DNA of 64,000 nucleotides from an uncultured delta proteobacterium (GTDB lineage Bacteria; Desulfobacterota; Binatia; UBA9968): NCBI GenBank assembly GCA_963840855.1, contig CAWJBB010000079.1, positions 64,001 to 128,000 of the forward strand, read 5' to 3'. Shown piece by piece: positions 41,841 to 49,257 of this stretch (position 1 is its first letter; each line of letters starts with the position of its first letter). The notes under the pieces were generated by a model. It saw only the letters and a program-made list of their open reading frames with translations, ran no database searches and was not told where the DNA came from. The position numbers and the translations under genes were made by a program.

Positions 41841-42985
41841 TGTCACGGGAGCATACCATGAAGAATATAGTCTTTAAGGTAATTGCTTCGATCGCGCTGA
41901 TCGGCTGTTGGTATTGTGGAGCGCAAGCTCTGGCGGCATCGGCCGGACCAGCCGCCACGAAAACCAAGCAAGACCCCGGGTCAAAGGGCTTTATTTTTGA
42001 AACCAACCGCGATGAAATCGTCGCCAAGGCGAAAAAAGAAGGCAAGCTTCGGGTCATGAGTTCCTTGGATCCTGCAAGCTTCAAGCCGATGGCGGATTCC
42101 TTCAAGAAAAAATATCCGTTCATTGTCGATGTCCATATGCACGAAATGACCGGCACCGAAGCGATCCAGCGTTTTCTGCTGGAGCTCAAGGCTGGAACGG
42201 TCAAGGAATGGGACGTCGGTCACGCCTCCGAGGATCATTATAATGACTTTGCCGATCATGCCATGAAGTTCGACATTCTGAGCATGGCTGAACAGGGAAT
42301 TCTCAAGATCAACCCCAAGATGGTCGACCCGGATAATCGTACGATTGTCGCGATGGCCAGCGGCCTCTGCGCCATTGCCTATAACAGAGGACGCCTTGCG
42401 CCGGACAGGGTCCCGAACCAACTGGAGGATATTTTACGGCCGGAGTTTAAAGGCAGAAAGTTTGTCGTCGACGTGCGCCCCCACTGCATGGCCGCTTTGA
42501 TGGCGAGCCAGGGCGAGGAGTGGGTTATAAACTACGCGCGTAAAATCAAGGAGCAGGAGCCGGTGTGGGTGCGCGGCAACACCCGGGCGCTTACCGCCAT
42601 CGCCGTCGGCGAGTATGTCATGCACCAGCTTACCAACTATCATTCCTGCGTGCGCGCGACCTGGAAGGACAAGAGCAAATCGCTCGCCTGCAAAGTCATA
42701 GAGCCGATCTCAGTCAGAATCCAGGAGCCCGATTTCGTGCTCAAGTCTGCGGCCAATCCTTATGCCGCGTTGCTCTTCCTGGAGCATCACGCGAGCCCGG
42801 AAGGACAAAAGATTCTCGATGACATCGAGCCGGTCAAGTCGAGCATCTTCACCCAGGGCGAAGTCAGCAAGATCGTTCAAGGCAAAAAGGCTTCGATCAA
42901 CGACTTTCGCACCTATCACAAGACCCCCAACTGGATGAAGCTGGTCCTTGAGGCCTACGGCTTTCCCAAGGCGGAAATTCGCTGA
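41840..42985 (+). CDS. ABC transporter substrate-binding protein, paralogue of 39427
   Basis: Signal peptide, AKAKKEGKL, FKKKYP, PEFKG, PVWVRG, EAYGFP. Confidence 0.85.
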   Translation: MSREHTMKNIVFKVIASIALIGCWYCGAQALAASAGPAATKTKQDPGSKGFIFETNRDEIVAKAKKEGKLRVMSSLDPASFKPMADSFKKKYPFIVDVHMHEMTGTEAIQRFLLELKAGTVKEWDVGHASEDHYNDFADHAMKFDILSMAEQGILKINPKMVDPDNRTIVAMASGLCAIAYNRGRLAPDRVPNQLEDILRPEFKGRKFVVDVRPHCMAALMASQGEEWVINYARKIKEQEPVWVRGNTRALTAIAVGEYVMHQLTNYHSCVRATWKDKSKSLACKVIEPISVRIQEPDFVLKSAANPYAALLFLEHHASPEGQKILDDIEPVKSSIFTQGEVSKIVQGKKASINDFRTYHKTPNWMKLVLEAYGFPKAEIR

Positions 42986-43068
42986 AAATCAATTGCGGCA
43001 TGGAAAATTACCAAACTAAAATCGTTGAGGCTTACCGGTTGATCAAACCGGAAGAGAAGTAGGTCACT

Positions 43069-44838
43069 ATGGCTAAGACAGAAACTGTTGCTCGATCGTT
43101 AGGATTGCCCGCATGGACCGGGGTGAACACGCTGCGCAAGCATGCTCTCGCTTTCGGCATCACTGCGCTGCTGCTTTGGGTCGTCGCGGCGCCGATCATC
43201 ATGTTGGTGCTCTCCAGCCTGCGCGAGGGAAACTTCATCACTCCCGGCGCCTTTACGCTGGGCAACTATCGAACCGTCTACCTGAACCAAATGACCTATC
43301 CGGCGTTGCTCAACACGTTGATCTACGCCACCGCCGTAAGCGCCATCAGCCTGACGTTCGCCACGATCTTTGCCTGGCTCGTCGAACGCACTGATATGCC
43401 CGGGACAAATTGGGCTTGGACCATGATGCTGCTGCCGCTGGCGATGCCCGGCATTTTGCGCTCCATGTCGTGGATTCTACTCCTCAGCCCGCGCAGCGGC
43501 ATCATCAATGTTTACGTGCGCGACTACTTGAGCTTCTTTGGCATGCAACTGGAAACGGGACCGTTTAATATTTTTACGCTTCCCGGGATGATTTTCGTGG
43601 AGGGCATGAGCGGCAGCACGACGCTCTTCCTTTTGATGGTCGGGGCTTTTCGGCTGATGGACCCATCGATGGAGGAAGCCGCCAAGATTTCCGGAGCTCG
43701 GACTTTCACCACCCTAAGGCGCGTGACTCTGGGCTTGATGCTGCCGGCGGTGCTGGCGGCGGCGATGTACGCCTTCCTCGGCAACCTCGATGACTTCGAG
43801 ACTCCCCTGCTCATCGGCCTTCAAGCGGGGATCTATCTTTTGCCGACCTTGATCTATTTCACGGCCTATGTCAGTCCCAGCTACGGATTAGCCACGGCCT
43901 ATTCGTCGATCTTCATTATTTTTACCATCGTCATGGTGTGGATCTATTACCGGGTGATCATCCGGCGCGCCGACCGTTACGCTTCCATAACCGGCAAAGG
44001 CTACCGGCCGCGCCGCCTCTCCCTCGGCAAGTGGCGTTGGCTGGCATTGGGGTTGTTTATCGCTTTTTTCACGCTTAACATCATTATGCCATTCTTGACT
44101 CTCCTCTGGGCTTCCTTGCTACCCAGCTATATGGTGCCATCCCGGGCCGCGCTCCAATACGTGACGCTCGATAATTTTGCCACCCTGATCAACGAGCCCT
44201 CGATCATCAACTCCACCGTTAACACCATCATTCTCGGAGTGGTCACGGCGACGGGCACCATGGCGCTTGCCTATATGGTTTCCTGGCTGATCGTGCGTCT
44301 GAAAGTCAAAGGAGGGCTCTTGCTGGACGGTCTCGCTTTCGTTCCCCATGCCATCCCTACCGTCTCCATCGCTCTGGCCTTGATCGTGTTATATCTCCAT
44401 CCGGCGGTGAGATGGCTACCGATCTACGGCACCATCTGGATCATGATGCTGGCGCTCACGACCCGCTATATCGCCTTTGCTTCCAGGACGGCCAATTCGG
44501 CCATGACGCAGATTCACGGCGAACTCGAAGAAGCCGCGCGCACCAGCGGCGCTACCCGCTTCACGACCCTCGTGCGCATCACCTTTCCCCTGCTGCTGCC
44601 GCCTTTCATCGGCGGTTGGGTCTGGGTCTTTGCCCACACTATCCGGAGCTTCAGCATTCCGCTGATGATGGCGACTCCGGGAAACGAAACCATCGCCGTG
44701 GTCATGTACCATTTTTGGGAACGGAAGGCGGATTTTTCCCTGGCCTCAACCCTTGGCGTAGCAATGCTCGTATCGGTGGGCATTCTGACCTTCTTCTCCC
44801 GGCGGTTCATCGCTCAAGGTTTTACTCGCAACCAATAG
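43069..44838 (+). CDS. ABC transporter permease, FbpB-like double domain
   Basis: About 12 TM segments, WLVERTD.P, two EAA loops (MEEAAKISGA, LEEAARTSGA), TGKGYRP. Confidence 0.9.
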   Translation: MAKTETVARSLGLPAWTGVNTLRKHALAFGITALLLWVVAAPIIMLVLSSLREGNFITPGAFTLGNYRTVYLNQMTYPALLNTLIYATAVSAISLTFATIFAWLVERTDMPGTNWAWTMMLLPLAMPGILRSMSWILLLSPRSGIINVYVRDYLSFFGMQLETGPFNIFTLPGMIFVEGMSGSTTLFLLMVGAFRLMDPSMEEAAKISGARTFTTLRRVTLGLMLPAVLAAAMYAFLGNLDDFETPLLIGLQAGIYLLPTLIYFTAYVSPSYGLATAYSSIFIIFTIVMVWIYYRVIIRRADRYASITGKGYRPRRLSLGKWRWLALGLFIAFFTLNIIMPFLTLLWASLLPSYMVPSRAALQYVTLDNFATLINEPSIINSTVNTIILGVVTATGTMALAYMVSWLIVRLKVKGGLLLDGLAFVPHAIPTVSIALALIVLYLHPAVRWLPIYGTIWIMMLALTTRYIAFASRTANSAMTQIHGELEEAARTSGATRFTTLVRITFPLLLPPFIGGWVWVFAHTIRSFSIPLMMATPGNETIAVVMYHFWERKADFSLASTLGVAMLVSVGILTFFSRRFIAQGFTRNQ

Positions 44839-44856
44839 GCGGGAGTTAAATCTTTT

Positions 44857-44937
44857 TCACCACGAAGCGGACCAAGGACACGCAGGGTTCGGCCATCTCT
44901 AGTACTGAACTTCCTGCCCTTCGTGTCCTTCGTGGTA
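44857..44937. repeat. palindromic intergenic repeat (CACCACGAAG ... CTTCGTGGT)
   Basis: CACCACGAAGCGGACCAAGGACACGCAGG ... CCTTCGTGTCCTTCGTGGTAAAA. Confidence 0.65.
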
Positions 44938-44977
44938 AAAAATTGTATTTTCTTGTCTCGCGTCATTGGGAGCAATT

Positions 44978-45553
44978 TTGAATCCAGCTCTGCCCCGGCT
45001 AAAGAAAAACTTCGTTACCATGGTTTGGGGAATCATCGCTTTTACCGCGGTGATCGGACTGGCAGGCTGCGGCGCCAAAGGTTTCGGAACGCCGCTAAGT
45101 TCTTCGGACGCTGTCGCACCGTACGTCGACGCAGGTAACGAATCACCGGGAACATTCGCCCTCCTCGACCCGGAAAAAATCAGATATTCCCAGTCCACGT
45201 ATTCCGTCAGCGGCAGCACAGAGGATGGCAGCACGTACACGGTGGAAGAGAACATCCAATGGCTGCGGGAACACCCGGGCCAAGATTTACCCTGGGGCGG
45301 ACCCATTCGAGTATTTCGCAAACAAGCATTTATGGACGAGTGGGGACCGTTGGCGCGAAACCGCTTCACGGGCGACCCGAAAAATCTGCAGACCGGCGAG
45401 ATTTACACTCTGGACCACCGGCGGCTCGTCGCCTATCGACTCGCGGGGAGAAAAACGATTCCGGTGGAGTGGGCAAACTCGATACTGGTAAGAGACCAAC
45501 GGTGGAAATTCACGACTCTAGACCGTGGCCGCAGCATCGCGCCGAGCCCTTGA
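44978..45553 (+). CDS. putative lipoprotein with ParB/Sulfiredoxin-like (toxin-tip-type) domain
   Basis: TTG start after GGGAG; lipobox LAG-C; DPEKIRYSQ, PIRV, YTLDHRRLVAYR..IPV, WKFTT..G.SI. Confidence 0.7.
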   Translation: MNPALPRLKKNFVTMVWGIIAFTAVIGLAGCGAKGFGTPLSSSDAVAPYVDAGNESPGTFALLDPEKIRYSQSTYSVSGSTEDGSTYTVEENIQWLREHPGQDLPWGGPIRVFRKQAFMDEWGPLARNRFTGDPKNLQTGEIYTLDHRRLVAYRLAGRKTIPVEWANSILVRDQRWKFTTLDRGRSIAPSP

Positions 45554-45639
45554 TTCTAAACCTCAAAGCAGTAACTCGGCCTTCCGTCCGTGGGTTCTCC
45601 CGCATGCGCTCTGCTGTGATTTTACGCGGATGTAATTAG

Positions 45640-46323
45640 ATGCCGGCCTGGATTCAGCTGACTGCGGAAAAAGCGCATTCTTTCTACCGCGTGCCCATGG
45701 AGTTGGCGGAAACGGATCGTAATTTCTTCTACGGCGCGCCACACCACCCTCGCGATGCCGACGGGCCCTGGCCGTTGGTGGCTTTCTTGCAGGAGAGAGA
45801 CCAACCTGGAGTGATTGCGTTTCAGCTCTACACCATCGAGGCTGAGGAGTTGGCAGTCGAGGCATTCAACCCGTTAGCCCGCCCGTGCGGCCATCTTAGC
45901 CTCGATAGGGAGGCCTTATCGGAACTGGTAAAGCTGCTATTGTCCCACGCCGCGAAACTAACTCCGGCGCGCAGTGACGTTGGGCAGATGTTTCGGCAAA
46001 TCGACGATTTGAAATTAGCCGATTTTGCTCTTCACCCCGAGTGGTTTCCCGATTCGAGAGCACAATATTACTACCAAATCTATGATCCACTCGAGGAACG
46101 GGGAGGAAAATCCACTCAAACCATCTTGATCTTCAGCACCGGGCAAACGTCCCAGTCTTCATCTCGCCTTTACTTCAAAGTTGCGCATTTTTCACTGTCA
46201 TCGCTTAAGGAACCGTCCTTCGACGTTCTCGACGACTCCTTCCCTAGGATCAACCTCGATGGCGGCGGGATGGAAGAGCTCGCGCGCCTGCTCGAAGGGC
46301 AGCTTGTAAATCTAGCAGGCTAA
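45640..46323 (+). CDS. hypothetical cytoplasmic protein with internal two-fold repeat
   Basis: 227 aa; IAFQLY..FNPLARPCGHLSLDREALSELVKLL aligns with LYFKVA..FDVLDDSFPRINLDGGGMEELARLL. Confidence 0.65.
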   Translation: MPAWIQLTAEKAHSFYRVPMELAETDRNFFYGAPHHPRDADGPWPLVAFLQERDQPGVIAFQLYTIEAEELAVEAFNPLARPCGHLSLDREALSELVKLLLSHAAKLTPARSDVGQMFRQIDDLKLADFALHPEWFPDSRAQYYYQIYDPLEERGGKSTQTILIFSTGQTSQSSSRLYFKVAHFSLSSLKEPSFDVLDDSFPRINLDGGGMEELARLLEGQLVNLAG

Positions 46324-46355
46324 AGATTCTTGGCTCATTGCCGCTTTCCGGTCTG

Positions 46356-46434
46356 AGCACTGTAGCCCGGATGAAGTGAAACGAAATCCGGGATCCAAAA
46401 GCCCCGGACTACGCTGTGCTTCATCCGGGCTACG
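46356..46434. repeat. GTAG-type REP doublet (REPIN-like), copy A
   Basis: AGCACTGTAGCCCGGATGAAGTGAAACGAAATCCGGG..CCCGGACTACGCTGTGCTTCATCCGGGCTACG. Confidence 0.9.
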
Positions 46435-46543
46435 GAGATTTCTGACAGTGTGGTATTTTCCGTTAAACAGATGTAGGGGTCGAGACTTTGCGTGCCGTTT
46501 AGTGTAGTTTTTTCAAAGGTCGACGTCGGCAGAAAACCGGTCC

Positions 46544-47542
46544 ATGAAAACCAGAACAGAGCACGGGGCAACCTTAAGATTATACCGCCATGTAATCGCT
46601 TCCGGCCTATCGATCTTCCTTTGTTTCACAGTTGTTCTCGCCGGCGAGGATGCGGGTCATTATCCTGGCAAACTCGGCATCGCCAAGGCCAGGCACCTGT
46701 CAGCGGCCGAGCGCGCGGTCGAGGCGCGCTTCGCGGCCTATCTGGAAGCGCACACGGATCAAGCCATAGCGCGGTACATCGAGAAATTCGGCAACGAGAT
46801 CAACACGGACAACGCGCGGGAACTTTCTTCAGACTATGCGCCGGGGGGGATCGACGCTGAAGACGCCGCGACCGTCGCGGCGCGGACGAGTTGGGGCCAC
46901 GCCGTGCATGAACCATCCAGCGCACTGGCAAAAGAGCTATTTAGCCGGGCGCTGCGCAAGGACACCCCTGCCGACCGGCGCAAACAGGTGGTTTTCACCG
47001 CGGGAGGCGCCGGCGCGGGCAAAACCACCAGTATCCGAAAGCTCGCCGACTTGTCCCACGCGGTGGAAATGGCGGAAATCGTCTACGACACGACACTTTC
47101 GACTTATAGCTCGGCCGTGCGAAACATCACTCAGGCCCTCGCTGCCGGCCGTATGGTCAGCATCGTTTATGTCTACCGCGATCCCGTTGACTCGTTGATC
47201 GAAGGAATTCTGCCCCGCGCCCAAAGCATGGGCCGAACCGTGCCTCTAGAAGTTGTCCTTGCCACCCACCTCGGATCCGTGCAGGGAATTTTAAGACTCA
47301 GTGAAGCTTATAAGAATGAAACGCGGGTGGCCATTGCAATTATAGATAACCGCGACGGCGCGGGAGATGCTACCCCAGCTGATCTTGGATTCGTGCGGCG
47401 AATGGTCCGCAAGTATTCGCGCGAGTCTTTGCAGGCGGCGCTGTCGTCGGCCTTGGAGGATGCTTATGAAAAGGGCAAAAGGGGCGATCGAAACGGTATC
47501 TCCGAAGCCATCTATAGAGCAGTTAAAGGACATGCCCCTTGA
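46544..47542 (+). CDS. zeta-toxin-like P-loop kinase with N-terminal signal peptide
   Basis: Leader VIASGLSIFLCFTVVLA; Walker A FTAGGAGAGKTT; IVYDTTL; IVYVYRDP; lid-like RAQSMGRTVP. Confidence 0.75.
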   Translation: MKTRTEHGATLRLYRHVIASGLSIFLCFTVVLAGEDAGHYPGKLGIAKARHLSAAERAVEARFAAYLEAHTDQAIARYIEKFGNEINTDNARELSSDYAPGGIDAEDAATVAARTSWGHAVHEPSSALAKELFSRALRKDTPADRRKQVVFTAGGAGAGKTTSIRKLADLSHAVEMAEIVYDTTLSTYSSAVRNITQALAAGRMVSIVYVYRDPVDSLIEGILPRAQSMGRTVPLEVVLATHLGSVQGILRLSEAYKNETRVAIAIIDNRDGAGDATPADLGFVRRMVRKYSRESLQAALSSALEDAYEKGKRGDRNGISEAIYRAVKGHAP

Positions 47543-47645
47543 GAAGTACACGAAACTACTCGTCCGAGACATGGTCGAAACGCTCAATGCCAGGACCAAA
47601 AGACGAGGCGCCGCGGCAATTCCCAAGCGGCGCAAAAGCAAGTGA
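47532..47645 (+). CDS. small basic protein (37 aa) overlapping the kinase stop codon
   Basis: AAAGGA immediately before ATG; MPLEKYTKLLVRDMVETLNARTKRRGAAAIPKRRKSK. Confidence 0.45.
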   Translation: MPLEKYTKLLVRDMVETLNARTKRRGAAAIPKRRKSK

Positions 47646-47701
47646 ATGGCGATTATTCGCGCCGTTATCGGAACGATCGTCGCATCGGTAAACCGTTGTT
47701 A

Positions 47702-47780
47702 AGCACCGTAGCCCGGATGAAGTGAAACGGAATCCGGGATCCAAAAGCCCCGGATTACGCTGCGCTTCATCCGGGCTACG
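47702..47780. repeat. GTAG-type REP doublet (REPIN-like), copy B
   Basis: Direct repeat of copy A, 75 of 79 positions identical by eye. Confidence 0.9.
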
Positions 47781-47840
47781 CAAACTTTGTGTTCTCTGCG
47801 GTAAAATTCTTTTCTTATCAAAGGTTGTCCGTTGGCAAGG

Positions 47841-49255
47841 TCAACGGCCGGCGGAATTGCTCTGCGAATCGGTCTTGGTTTGCTGCGCGACCAGCGCCCG
47901 ATAGCTGGCGCCGATGCCGACCACGAGCAACAGCCAAAGCGCCGTGAAGCTCACGTTGACGATGCTCAACGTCTGGAGGGTAAACGCAAACTCCTCTACT
48001 CAGTCGAACCAACCCCGCCGATAGCACATCGCCGAAACGCACAAAAAACGTATCGATGGCTGCTTTTGCCTTATATTTCTCCTCGCGCGTCGTCGGCAAG
48101 AACAATGCCTGCCGTGCCGTGTTTTGCAGCGAGTAGTCGGTGCTGTTTTCCACGACTTTTGCCCAGCGCACGAACGCCAAGATAGGGAAAAAAGCTATGA
48201 TCGAATAGCCGGTCAAGGCAATGACGGGCAAGAAATAGAGCGATGCTGGCACGCCGCAAAATTTCATGATCCGGGAAACCAGAAACAACTGGGCTAAAAC
48301 GCCGGCCAAGCTCACGGTGAACAAGAAATCGCCGTAAAAGCGCCCGATGTAGTTTTGCATTGTCGCGCTTGGCCGTTGAACAGCCGGCGCTTTTGCGCCA
48401 TCTGCTGGCGCCGTCAACGGCGGCGCCGCGTTGGCGAGACGCTGCGCTTCCGCGATTACCGTTTGCCCAGGATAAATTCGCCGGTCGTATTAACCAGGTT
48501 GGACACGATCAGCATGAAGGCGATGAGAAACAAATAGGGCTTGCCGACCACCAGTTTGAAGCCGCCGCCTTTGGCCAGCGGCGGTGCCGCATCGCCGGCG
48601 CTCTTGATCGCGCGGGCGCCGCTGGTTTCTTTGAGATTGACGATATTGGGAAAAATCAAAGATAGTCCGAGCAGCGTCGCCGTAATCAGCATCAGGAGAT
48701 AAGGGCCCAAGGGCTCGAACAGCATGCTAGCGATCTTGGGACCCAAAGATGGCGCCCAGGGAGCCGCCGAACGCGATGATGGCAAAAAGCCTCTTGCCCT
48801 GGTCCTCGGTGTAAATGTCGTTGGCGAAGGACCAGAACTGGGCAATGATGAAAAGATTGAAGATGCCTACCCAAAGAAAGAAAACCACCCCCAACGGCAC
48901 TTCCAACTGGGACACTAGATAGAAAATCACGAGATTCGAGATAAAGAATAGGGTCACGCCATTGATCAATTTAATGCGGTTGACCTTGCTTGCCAGGTAG
49001 CCATAGGCCGGCACGAGCAGAAACAACAAGAGAGCCTGGCCGGCCGCAGCGTAGCTCTTGACCTCGGCGCCGCCCTCCGAAAGAATTAATGCCTCGCGCA
49101 CTGGTCTTGATGATCAGGTACGCCGTCAAGAGGAAAAACAGATTGACCGTGAGCAATAGCGCAGTGACGCCCTCGCCGGCACGAACGTCGGCGAAGAGGA
49201 GCAAGAAACGCTCGAGGCTGTTTCGTTTTACCGCCAAAGTCGCCGGCGCGGACAT
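47841..49255 (-). CDS. NTT/TLC-type ATP:ADP antiporter (AAA family, MFS-like), at least 4 frameshifts
   Basis: Fragments: DVRAGE..YLIIKT/REALIL, WVGIFN..AQFWSFANDIY..QGKRLF, ENSTDYSLQNTARQALFLPT..EKYKAKAAIDTFFVRFGD; the last TM helix is in a frame ending TGA at 47841. Confidence 0.85.
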
Positions 49256-49257
49256 TA

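Noticed and set aside
44899-47780. Prophage or integrative element
   Set aside because: No integrase, structural or replication genes and no att-like repeats other than REPs.
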